A stretch of DNA of 58,265 bases from an uncultured Lentisphaeria bacterium. Lineage in GTDB: Bacteria > Fidelibacterota > UBA8477. The notes under the pieces were generated by a model, which worked only from the letters and a program-made list of their open reading frames with translations, made no database searches and had not been told where the DNA came from. Within the stretch, counting starts at the first letter, position 1; every line of letters starts with the position of its first letter. Positions 1 to 8,903 of the stretch are shown here, piece by piece. Where the stretch lies: positions 1-58,265 of the forward strand of contig CAZIWX010000001.1 of NCBI GenBank assembly GCA_964543125.1. The letters run 5' to 3'. The translations under genes and the position numbers were made by a program.

Positions 1-333
1 TTCATAACACCCCCGGCCTTCGAGCCGTCTTAAGCCTTGAGAATATATATTTTAAGGAACACATTATGTTCAAATCGGGGTGATATATGATTTTTAGATA
101 AAACACCGGCTATTCTCCTTTATTACATAACTACCGGTAAGGTCGTTCCGTTCCACGGCGGTACTGCCATGCGGGCCGGCCTGCGCCCTGTTCCGGCAAG
201 CTAAAGCATATTTTCATCCTTTTGCCCACGTCGGCGCTTACCGCCGGTTCACCCGTATATTTAAATACTTTATCCATCTGTTCCGCTTATCCGTAGCGGC
301 GTAAGTTTACCCGCACTACTTCAGATTGTCAAT

Positions 334-450
334 TCAAAAACCTCTGGAAGGCGCCTGGCAGGCGGCAATCACCAACGCCATTAAAATCAGAAGTGGTAGA
401 CATAATCTTTGCACGAAATATTTTCGAAAATTGAGAATGAACATGGGCAT
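334..450 (-). pseudogene. 38-codon ORF encoding little more than a lipoprotein-type signal peptide; probable remnant of a decayed lipoprotein gene
   Basis: Hand translation of the minus strand gives MPMFILNFRKYFVQRLCLPLLILMALVIAAC/QAPSRGF*. This has a basic n-region, a hydrophobic core and a lipobox-like IAAC, then a stop 7 codons later. It is below the 60-aa cutoff of the ORF track, and the surrounding 1 kb has no long ORF. Confidence 0.25.
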
Positions 451-577
451 CTTTTCCATCTAACCCCTGTTTTTTCCGGATTATGACCGGCAGAAGTTTA
501 AAATGGCATCAGGTAAACGGCAATAATGATTACTGAATATTTTCGTGTGTACTTAATACGGTGGGGGCTAATAAATA

Positions 578-917
578 GGGTCTGAACGAAAATGTGACAT
601 AAGCCGCCGGCTTGTGAAATTTAACGGTCTCGTAAAAAGACTCTCTCGCAGAGCACGCCCCAGTACACTCCTTCGTCGTTACGGGGCAGGCAGAGTCCGC
701 CCCAAGGTCCTTCGGACGGGGCAGGCAAAATGTTGATTATAAACAAAATAGCACACAAATCAATAAGTGCCTATATTTAATGTGTTTAGGTTGCTTTTTA
801 CCCCTATTAACACACTTTTTACAGGTTCGACAAATTTGATTTAGCTAATCCTTTGTTTCCGCTATCAAACGCAGTCAGATGCTTACGTTACATTTGGCTG
901 TGTTTTCGTTCAGACAT
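578..917. mobile_element. MITE-like non-autonomous element candidate (about 340 bp, no ORF)
   Basis: A perfect 13-bp inverted repeat, GTCTGAACGAAAA (580-592) / TTTTCGTTCAGAC (903-915). Each arm lies 2 nt inside an identical direct hexamer TAAATA (572-577 and 918-923), as a target-site duplication would. The interior has a GC-rich hairpin core plus an AT-rich half. Confidence 0.3.
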
Positions 918-1088
918 TAAATAATATTTCGCTCCGGCCTGACTTTTTCCCGGCTAAGGCCGGTGGACAAATAACCACCTTAAGACTATAACGGCTGCAA
1001 TGGCAGGTATGGGCGTTCTCAACTGAACAAACGCGCCCCGGATCACCGAGGCGCTGGTAGTGGGTGGGTTTATACGCCTTTTTACGGG

Positions 1089-1433
1089 CTAGTGAACTTC
1101 TTCTGTAAAATCATCCAGTACCATGAGTACATCCGGTAAAATCCGCAAGACCGTGGAGATGCCTACCGAAGGTACGCTGAGAATCATGGCATCCAGAATT
1201 TCGTCCCGGGTGGCGCCCGCCCGCAGGGCTTTGGGCACAATGACCTTGATGGTCTGAGGTGAAGGACTCGTCATTTGCAGCGCTAACATGATCAATTGTT
1301 TGGTTTTTTCATCCAGGTGCTCCCCCAGACTGCCCACCATTTTCATGTAGGACACCATTACTTCCTTGCGATGGGTTAACATGAAGGTCAGGCCATCCGG
1401 TTCCAGGTTTTTAAAATCATAATTTTCGCTCAT
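1089..1433 (-). CDS. Carboxymuconolactone decarboxylase / AhpD-like family protein (Cys-less variant)
   Basis: 114 aa. The pattern ...LDEKTKQLIMLAL...ALRAGATRDEILDAM... resembles the CMD-family helix core. The protein contains no Cys at all. Confidence 0.55.
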   Translation of the reverse strand: MSENYDFKNLEPDGLTFMLTHRKEVMVSYMKMVGSLGEHLDEKTKQLIMLALQMTSPSPQTIKVIVPKALRAGATRDEILDAMILSVPSVGISTVLRILPDVLMVLDDFTEEVH

Positions 1434-1460
1434 GCCGGAACTCCCTCATTCACCGGACAA

Positions 1461-3722
1461 TTACTTCTTCGCGTCTACTTCCTGGGCATCGATAACCGCC
1501 AAAGCCGTCATATTGGCCACATCGACCACCTCACTGGAACCGATCTGTAAGAGGTGTACCGGTTTTTTCATGCCCACGAGAATCGGTCCGATCGCTTCAG
1601 CGCCACTTAGCCGGTGCACCAGCTTGTAAGCAATATTACCCGATTGCAGATCCGGAAATATCAATACATTGGCGCTTTCCTGCAGCTGGCTGAAAGGATA
1701 ATGCTCTTTGAGTATTTCCGGGACAACCGCGAGGTCGGCATTCATTTCGCCATCCACCATTCTATCCGGCGCTTTTTCGTGCAGAATTTCCACGGCGCGG
1801 CGCACTTTCTCCGTCTCCGGGTTGGAGACGCTGCCGAAGTTGGAATAACTCAGCATAGCCACCCTGGGATTCATGTGGAAGCGCTTGGCGGTTGCGGCCG
1901 CCATCATGGCAATTTCAGCCAGAATTTCCGGTGTGGTTTCGATATTCACCGTCACATCGGCAAAAATCTTCATCGAGTTTTTAAAAATAAGCAGAAACAG
2001 ACCGGCCACATGTTTCACACCGGGGGCTGTCTTGATAATTTGCAGCGCCGGTCGAATCGTTTCCGGGTACTGTTGTGAAATTCCCGAGACCAGCCCGTCC
2101 GCGTCTCCGGTCTCCACCATAATCGAACCGAAGTAGCTTCCCCGCTGGGCCAGCCGGTTGGCTTGGGCCAGGGTTACACCCTTGCGTTTGCGCAGATCAT
2201 ACAAACGGGTGGCATACGCTTCCAGCTTCCCGCAGGTCAGGGGGTTTAATATCTCCACCCCCGCCAGATCAACGCCCAGGGTAGCGGCTTTTTCCCGAAT
2301 AATCTCCTCCCGTCCCAGTAGGATCGGTGTGGCAATTCCTTCCTGAACCACAAGGTGGCTGGCGCGGATGATCCGGTCGTTTTCGCCTTCCGGATAGACA
2401 ATACGTTTGGGATTTTTCTTGGCCCGGTTGTAGATCAGGCGCATGAATTCGCGGCTTTTCCCCAGACGGCCTTCCAGCTCCTCACGGTACTTGTTCAGAT
2501 CAATCGTTTTCTGAGCAACACCGGTTTCCATGGCCGCTCGGGCTACCGCGGAGGCTTCCCAGATCAACACGCGCGGATCAAACGGCTTGGGGATCAAATA
2601 ATCCCGGCCGAATTCCAACCGCTCAACACCATAGGCCCGGGCGACTTCATCGGGAACATCCTCTTTGGCCAGATCGGCCAGCGCCAGGGTGGCGGCGACC
2701 TTCATCTCTTCATTAATAGCGGTTGCCTGAACATCCAGGGCGCCCCGGAAAATGAACGGAAAACCCAGAACATTGTTGATTTGATTGGGAAAATCCGAGC
2801 GCCCGGTACCCATCAGGATATCCGGACGGGCGGCTTTGGCTTCCGTATAGGTTATTTCCGGGTCCGGATTCGCCAAAGCGAATACAATCGGGTCGGTAGC
2901 CATGGCAATAATATCGGTATGATCAATAATATTGGGGCCGGAAAGGCCAATAAAGACATCGGCGCCGTGCATAGCCTCATGGATGTTCCGCAAGCTGGTT
3001 TCGGCAGCGAACCGTTCCTTGAATTCATTCATGCCTTCCTTCCGGCCTTTGTAGATCACGCCCTTGGAATCACACATGATGATGTTATCCCGCTTTGCAC
3101 CGAGATTAATATAGTGTTCGCAACACGAAATTGCCGCGGCGCCCGCGCCGGAGACCACAAATTTCATCTCAGACAGTTTTTTACCAACCAACTGGATGGC
3201 ATTGATCAACGCGGCGCCCGATATAATGGCGGTACCATGCTGATCGTCATGAAACACGGGGATGTTCATCTCGGCCCGAAGCCGTTTCTCGATGTAAAAG
3301 CATTCCGGTGCTTTGATGTCTTCCAGGTTGATCCCCCCGAAGGTCGGTTCCAGGAGTTTCACCGCCGCGATAAATTTTTCCGCGTCCTGGGTATCCATTT
3401 CGATATCAAACACATCAATATCGGCAAACCGCTTGAAAAGCACCCCCTTGCCTTCCATGACCGGTTTACCGGCCAGCGCACCAATATTGCCCAGTCCCAG
3501 CACGGCGGTTCCATTTGAGATAACCGCCACCAGATTCCCTTTGGCGGTATATTCATTTACGAGAGCCGGATTTTTCTTGATCTCCAGGCATGGAATCGCC
3601 ACGCCGGGAGTATAAGCCAGACCGAGGTCTCTTTGGGTGGAACAGGGTTTGGTCGCCGTAACCTCAATTTTTCCTTTGCGCCCCCGGCTATGATACTCCA
3701 GTGCATCTTTCTTACTGATCAT
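1461..3722 (-). CDS. maeB: NADP-dependent malic enzyme (malic enzyme domain fused to a phosphate-acetyltransferase-like domain)
   Basis: 753 aa. The N-terminus has ...[11 protein letters not shown]... and a GAGAAA dinucleotide-binding site. The C-terminal roughly 330 aa are PTA-like. Length and architecture are typical of MaeB. Confidence 0.9.
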   Translation of the reverse strand: MISKKDALEYHSRGRKGKIEVTATKPCSTQRDLGLAYTPGVAIPCLEIKKNPALVNEYTAKGNLVAVISNGTAVLGLGNIGALAGKPVMEGKGVLFKRFADIDVFDIEMDTQDAEKFIAAVKLLEPTFGGINLEDIKAPECFYIEKRLRAEMNIPVFHDDQHGTAIISGAALINAIQLVGKKLSEMKFVVSGAGAAAISCCEHYINLGAKRDNIIMCDSKGVIYKGRKEGMNEFKERFAAETSLRNIHEAMHGADVFIGLSGPNIIDHTDIIAMATDPIVFALANPDPEITYTEAKAARPDILMGTGRSDFPNQINNVLGFPFIFRGALDVQATAINEEMKVAATLALADLAKEDVPDEVARAYGVERLEFGRDYLIPKPFDPRVLIWEASAVARAAMETGVAQKTIDLNKYREELEGRLGKSREFMRLIYNRAKKNPKRIVYPEGENDRIIRASHLVVQEGIATPILLGREEIIREKAATLGVDLAGVEILNPLTCGKLEAYATRLYDLRKRKGVTLAQANRLAQRGSYFGSIMVETGDADGLVSGISQQYPETIRPALQIIKTAPGVKHVAGLFLLIFKNSMKIFADVTVNIETTPEILAEIAMMAAATAKRFHMNPRVAMLSYSNFGSVSNPETEKVRRAVEILHEKAPDRMVDGEMNADLAVVPEILKEHYPFSQLQESANVLIFPDLQSGNIAYKLVHRLSGAEAIGPILVGMKKPVHLLQIGSSEVVDVANMTALAVIDAQEVDAKK

Positions 3723-3784
3723 TTTACCAATCTCCTTAGTCAGAGCCGATCGCGGATCTGGCGCTATGGTTAAGCTTTCAAATT

Positions 3785-4981
3785 TTATGATTCCCAGAAG
3801 GCTTTGAGCTTACTTAAGCCGGCTTCGATTTGTTCAACATTGATTCCGGAATAGGCAAAGCGTACAAAGACTTTATCCTCGCCTAACAACGGTCGTCCAA
3901 AATGCTCCCGGGAACAGAATGAGACCCCTGTTTTTTCCAGGGCCTCCTTTCGGAAAGTGGCCGAATCGGTGTAGCTTTTCCGCTTAAAAATTTCCGTAAT
4001 ATCCGGGAACAGGTAAAAGGTGGTATTGGGTTTGGAGACCTTGACACCCTCGATCGCCTGTAACGCACGCACCAGTGCATCACGGCGGCGTTGTAGTTCA
4101 GCCAGAATCGCCTGCTGGGGCTCTTCCGGCCCGGAAAGTGCTGCAATACCGGCATATTGGACAAAATGGTTGGAGCAGGATTCGTAGTTCGTGTTGAATT
4201 TCGAAATAGCGCCAACCAATTCCGCCGGACCGACGGCAGCACCGAGACGCCAGCCGGTCATGGCGAATTTTTTAGAAAACGTGTAGAGAATGACCGTGCG
4301 TTCCCGCATTCCGGGTAGCGAGACGATACTTTTACCTTGTCCGCCATAACGAATTTCAAAATAGGCTTCATCGGACAGAACCCAGAGATCGTATTTCAAA
4401 GCCAGGTCAGCGATGTACTGCATTTCTTCAGCAGTAGATTCGGCGCCGATGGGATTCTGATAGTTATTGTAAATAATTGCGACCGTTTTATTGGAAATCC
4501 GGCGTTCAATGTCGCCCCGCTTGATGGCAAACCCGCCGGCGGTGGGTTTAAAGCCATAGGGCAGGGCCGCACCACCCAGAAATTCAATCTGGGATTCATA
4601 AATGGGATAGCCCGGGTTGGGATACAGTACCTGATCGCCCTCCGAGAGGATGACGCCTAAAAACTTACTGATGACCGGTTTACCGCCGGGCTGGACCGAT
4701 ACATTGTCCGCGCTGAAATTGACACCCCGGGCCCGGCCCACATCGTCCGCCAGCAATTCACGCAGCGGCATGATGCCCGGCCCCGGCGCGTATCCGGTTT
4801 TCCCATTTTTAATAGCGGCCATGGCTCCGTCCACGATGTACCGGGGAGTTGGGATATTCATGTCGCCGAGATGAAACGGGTAAACCGTGTGGCCTTTCGC
4901 GGCCCAGGCCGCTGCGTCGGCGCCCACCGCAAATGCCGTTTCCGTTCCCAGTCGGCCAAACCGTTTTGAAAAATTTCGCAT
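3785..4981 (-). CDS. Class I/II pyridoxal-phosphate aminotransferase (aspartate/aromatic type)
   Basis: PLP-lysine motif YTFSKKFAMTGWRLG. The start is trimmed to the ATG at 4981, which is preceded by GGAGGTG, rather than the upstream ATG at 5023. Confidence 0.85.
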   Translation of the reverse strand: MRNFSKRFGRLGTETAFAVGADAAAWAAKGHTVYPFHLGDMNIPTPRYIVDGAMAAIKNGKTGYAPGPGIMPLRELLADDVGRARGVNFSADNVSVQPGGKPVISKFLGVILSEGDQVLYPNPGYPIYESQIEFLGGAALPYGFKPTAGGFAIKRGDIERRISNKTVAIIYNNYQNPIGAESTAEEMQYIADLALKYDLWVLSDEAYFEIRYGGQGKSIVSLPGMRERTVILYTFSKKFAMTGWRLGAAVGPAELVGAISKFNTNYESCSNHFVQYAGIAALSGPEEPQQAILAELQRRRDALVRALQAIEGVKVSKPNTTFYLFPDITEIFKRKSYTDSATFRKEALEKTGVSFCSREHFGRPLLGEDKVFVRFAYSGINVEQIEAGLSKLKAFWES

Positions 4982-5300
4982 GCTACACCTCCGTTTTTGC
5001 GGCGCCAATCGATACTCTTCCATTTATCACGCTAATCTCCTGCGGTACCGGTCCAAATGCGCCTAAAAAAAGTAGTGCTTCTATTAATTTAGTCATGATT
5101 TTTACAAGCTTACAGCCCGGCAAACTCTGGTTGTTGATTTGTCTCCCCCTCGGGTGGTTAAAACACAAATAATATGCCAAGGGTTATTCCACGCGTCAGG
5201 CCGGTGTAGGTTGATGTTTGTTTTAAGCCATTCATATCGGGTCGTCAATATTAAAATTTTAACTGGTGAAAACATTTACATTTTCAAACAATCTTCCAAG

Positions 5301-5332
5301 CCAAACCAAACGGGGTGGCTACCCACCCCGTT
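5301..5332 (-). terminator. Rho-independent terminator after the transketolase-like gene
   Basis: The 10-bp stem AACGGGGTGG/CCACCCCGTT (5309-5318/5323-5332) is followed on the minus strand by TTTGGTTTGG. It lies 24 nt downstream of the stop at 5356. Confidence 0.55.
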
Positions 5333-5355
5333 ATGATTAACCCGTTATTCCCGGA

Positions 5356-7683
5356 TCAGCTCAAAGCATCATCCAGTGAAGCCCGCAATCGATTCAGGCG
5401 TTGATCCCGCTCCGCCGCAAAGCGCTGGATGCCCTTGAAAATCCAACCCGGGGAGATATGAGCTTCTTCGCAGACTTCATCCAGCGAACCACCCGTCCGC
5501 CAACGATTATCCCAATCGGATGAAATCGCATATTCCTCCGCAATTTTGTGTGCCAGCCAATCATGCATGGTGCGCCGGGCGCCGTTGGTGATCACCGTGG
5601 AATCGGCCCAGTCACTTTCCGCCGCGATACGCCGCCGGTAAACTTCCGGCTGCCGTGCGAAAAGCTCCGGACTGACGGCGGCTACCAACTTTACATTCAA
5701 ACCGGATTCATTCAGCCGGGGTAAGAGCTTGATGACATTAGCCGTGGTGCTGGTACCTTGAACAAACAGGCAACCCATTTTGGGCTGGCCCGGTTTGTAA
5801 TCCCGGATCAGATAAGCACCCTTGGCGGCTTCCAGGTAGGAATCGATTCCCAGGGCTTCGCGGTTTGGTATTTCTACCGGTGGCCGGGTAAGATGCAGGG
5901 CAATGATGGGAACCTCCGTAGCCATGGCAGCCCCCAACAGGGGCGCAACTTCATTGTGCTCCCAGGGATAAAGGTTAATTATCCGTCCTTCCGGGAACAG
6001 TTGTGTAACAGCGGGAGCAAAGATACCAAAATGGGTCCGCGAATCTTCAGCGGTTTCGGGGCCGGAATGGCCGGCTACCCAAATCACCTTCCCCACTTTG
6101 ATTTCAGAATCCTGGGCGACCTGGCTGAACAGGCGCAGCAGACCGTACTTCAAATATGAAAATGAGCCGTAGGTTGACGCGGCGGCGTAATACCCGTTGA
6201 ATTCTTCAAACGGTTTAGCGCTCAGATTGACCGCGGCAATACCGGCGCAAATCCCGGCATTGGCAAATTCGGTGATTCCCTGGGGCAAAAGGCAACCTTT
6301 CCGATTGTGAACCCGGTCGTAGAATCCCAATCCGGGAAAATCGCCGGATGCCTTTGCGAAACCCGAAATATTGGTGGAATCAGCCAGATCGGCCGACATG
6401 GCGATCACCAACGGGCGGCCGTATTTTTGGTAAGTGTAAGCATTCAACCAGGCGCCAAACTTAGCGAGACCCGCCCGATTCGGCGCTTTGTCCCCCGGCT
6501 TCGCAAATATTTCAACCGGATAATTTTTATAATCCGTGACGACCGGATCTTTGAAGGGATTGTCCTTGAAATTGAAGTAGGTGCTGGTCTTTTCCCGGGG
6601 CACCGATTCGCCAATTTCAACCAGGGTATCGGCTACATAATCCAGTAGCTTGGAATCCTCGAAAAGCGAAAATACTTTTCGATAATGATCAGCGGTTTGC
6701 TCTCGGCGAGCCTCGGCTTGCGCCGGACCAGCTTCACCGAAACCATCAAAAGTGATACCGTATTTATCCATGAATGGCTGTTTGGTTTTCCAAAACAATT
6801 CACTGTTGAACTTATGCGGCGTTCCATGCGATTTGTTATCGTAAACCTCATATCCGCGGCCTTTGCGGGTTTTGAACCAGGCAACATTAGGCCGTTGCTC
6901 CGGATTTTGGGTGGTCATCATCTCCACCAGCGCCCCGGTCACATCCGGCCAGTCCATGCCGTTTTCCGCTCCGAATACACGAAATCCATGAGAACCGAAC
7001 CAATCCCGGGGCGTGCCGTAAACCACGGAGCTGAACGGGCGATTGTCGATTCCAAAGTCATTCCAGTCCAGCAGGTAATACAAATTATTCAGGCCCAGGC
7101 CCCAGGCCGAATTCATGGTCTCATGAATAGCGCCGGCCGTTGCACCGCCTTCACCTTCGACCGCGAAAACTTTGACATCATCCAGACCAGCCAACTTGAG
7201 GGCGGTTGCCTCGCCGGCCGCCGCCGGAGAACCATGGCCGGACGGCCCGGTATTAAACTTTATGAACAGGGTTTTGCCGGACATCTCGGCATGGCCCGGC
7301 AAACCACCATTATGACGCAGCGTGAGCAGGTCTTCCCAAAAAACCGCTTCACCCGGGATTTGGTAATCGGTATCGCCGGTAGCTTCAAATTTCCGCCGCA
7401 ACGCTTCGTTAAATACCGCCAATGTAGCATAGACCAGCGGAATGGTGTGTCCGGCTACCAGCACAAACCGATCAGCAAAACGCTTCTCCGGATGCCGGAT
7501 ATCCCAGCGCATAGCGCCCGAAAGCATCGTTGCCACGAGCATGTGAACCTTGGAGCGAGATCCGCCGGGATGACCACTCTGCCTTAAATTCAACATGAGA
7601 TCAATGGATTGATCAACCATATCCTTGATTTTTTCCCAGTGGTGAAAATTTTTCTCCAACCGGGTGATATTCAGCTCGGTCAT
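5356..7683 (-). CDS. Transketolase-family thiamine-diphosphate enzyme (long 775-aa form)
   Basis: GHPGGS motif near the N-terminus and a TPP-binding region ...EGEGGATAGAIHETMNSAWGLGLNNLYYLLDWNDFGID... It also has Pyr and C-terminal domains. Confidence 0.8.
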   Translation of the reverse strand: MTELNITRLEKNFHHWEKIKDMVDQSIDLMLNLRQSGHPGGSRSKVHMLVATMLSGAMRWDIRHPEKRFADRFVLVAGHTIPLVYATLAVFNEALRRKFEATGDTDYQIPGEAVFWEDLLTLRHNGGLPGHAEMSGKTLFIKFNTGPSGHGSPAAAGEATALKLAGLDDVKVFAVEGEGGATAGAIHETMNSAWGLGLNNLYYLLDWNDFGIDNRPFSSVVYGTPRDWFGSHGFRVFGAENGMDWPDVTGALVEMMTTQNPEQRPNVAWFKTRKGRGYEVYDNKSHGTPHKFNSELFWKTKQPFMDKYGITFDGFGEAGPAQAEARREQTADHYRKVFSLFEDSKLLDYVADTLVEIGESVPREKTSTYFNFKDNPFKDPVVTDYKNYPVEIFAKPGDKAPNRAGLAKFGAWLNAYTYQKYGRPLVIAMSADLADSTNISGFAKASGDFPGLGFYDRVHNRKGCLLPQGITEFANAGICAGIAAVNLSAKPFEEFNGYYAAASTYGSFSYLKYGLLRLFSQVAQDSEIKVGKVIWVAGHSGPETAEDSRTHFGIFAPAVTQLFPEGRIINLYPWEHNEVAPLLGAAMATEVPIIALHLTRPPVEIPNREALGIDSYLEAAKGAYLIRDYKPGQPKMGCLFVQGTSTTANVIKLLPRLNESGLNVKLVAAVSPELFARQPEVYRRRIAAESDWADSTVITNGARRTMHDWLAHKIAEEYAISSDWDNRWRTGGSLDEVCEEAHISPGWIFKGIQRFAAERDQRLNRLRASLDDALS

Positions 7684-7899
7684 CCTAAGTCCTAACTCTC
7701 GTTCTATTTAAATTTTGGTTGAGTAAATCAATAATTATAGCGGCTGAGATCGAATCATTTTTTTTCAATGCGTCCTGACTCCAATGTGGTTCATTATCAT
7801 GCATCCGGCTAAGCTAATCATTTTTTTATTCAGCGTCCACCCCCGGTAACCTCTCGTCCCACTCGTTCATTCAGCCTGGCCCTATCAGGTCACTCAAGT

Positions 7900-8310
7900 C
7901 TATCGATAATCAATCAGGGATGCCAGCGTCTTTCGACTCAAGACGGCGAACATGGCATTCTGAGCTTCCGACCAGACCGAATGCATACCACAGGTTTCGA
8001 TATATTCGCAAGAAGTATCACGACCGAGGCAGCTATTCAAGGCAATCGGCCCTTCCAATGCTTCCACGACTTCTAAAAGCGAAATCTCATTCGGATTCCG
8101 GCCCAATTTTACACCCCCGGCCACCCCCCGAATTGAAACCACGATTTGTTTCTGGATCAGCGGTTTGAGTAATTTACGCAGATATGGCTCGGGAATATGA
8201 CGTGCTTGAGAAATGTCGGCGATGCTGATCTTTGAGTCACGTCCGTGGTTAACGAGATATCCCATTGCACGAATTCCATATTCGCCTGCTTTGGTTACTT
8301 GGATCATCAT
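7900..8310 (-). CDS. Rrf2-family transcriptional regulator (IscR/NsrR-like, three-Cys cluster)
   Basis: N-terminal winged HTH (AGEYGIRAMGYL...ISIADISQARHIPEPYLRKLL) and a C-x7-C-x5-C cluster (CLGRDTSCEYIETC). Confidence 0.85.
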   Translation of the reverse strand: MMIQVTKAGEYGIRAMGYLVNHGRDSKISIADISQARHIPEPYLRKLLKPLIQKQIVVSIRGVAGGVKLGRNPNEISLLEVVEALEGPIALNSCLGRDTSCEYIETCGMHSVWSEAQNAMFAVLSRKTLASLIDYR

Positions 8311-8469
8311 TTACCTCTTTTTAAGATGGCATTTTCGGCGATTTGGCAGGCCTCCGGATTGATTCCCCCCATATCCCGGCACTGCTTTTAGAGTGTTTGA
8401 CGCGCAACCCTGACACTTATTATTCATGAGAAGTTTCGTCTTATTATGGAGAAATTCAGATTTCCCCAA

Positions 8470-8721
8470 TTATGTGTTCGGTTTATTCGTTTTACTCGTT
8501 TGCAGAGGATGCTCACCGGGGGCCGCGTTTCGAACAACCAGGTTAATACCGCCCAACGTGGCCACCAACCCGATAAATAAAAACAATAACTCCCACAGGG
8601 AAGTCGAGTACTGAAAGATGCTCAGCCAGGCGTGTGTCAAGGCAATAATACCGATAACGATCAAACCGTAACCAATTTTTCGAAATTCAGATTTGGGGGC
8701 GGTTGGAAGGGTTTTGTTCAT
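8470..8721 (-). CDS. Small membrane protein, unknown function
   Basis: 83 aa with two clear hydrophobic helices. No recognisable family. Confidence 0.4.
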   Translation of the reverse strand: MNKTLPTAPKSEFRKIGYGLIVIGIIALTHAWLSIFQYSTSLWELLFLFIGLVATLGGINLVVRNAAPGEHPLQTSKTNKPNT

Positions 8722-8903
8722 ATCGTTCAGTATTATTTCCAGGCTTCAGATATTGCTTCGAATATTTATGTCAGGTGGTAAACGGCAAATAATCTGCCAA
8801 TTCTTTAACCGGCAAATTTATTAAGCCGCATTTTCCTGAATTACAGGCAAAAAAAGCCCCCGCCTCATTGTGCGGCTTTAAAACCAGCTGTCTATAATTC
8901 CGT

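Noticed and set aside
2355-3518. 387-aa plus-strand ORF (with 1614-2078, 3313-3615 and others) antisense to maeB
   Set aside because: It is a shadow ORF inside a confidently identified gene. Its composition is Gly/Arg/Pro-rich and typical of antisense frames, with no motifs. The same applies to 6685-7587 inside the transketolase gene and 41655-42251 inside atpA.
7744-7749. CTGAGA core of a TPP riboswitch upstream of the TPP-dependent transketolase-like gene
   Set aside because: The motif is on the plus strand whereas the gene is on the minus strand. The rest of the THI-box consensus is also absent.
8823-8878. 8-bp inverted repeat AAGCCGCA/TGCGGCTT downstream of the M1 peptidase as a terminator
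   Set aside because: The arms are 40 nt apart, and the only compact stem next to the T-run is 4 bp. This is too weak to call as a feature.
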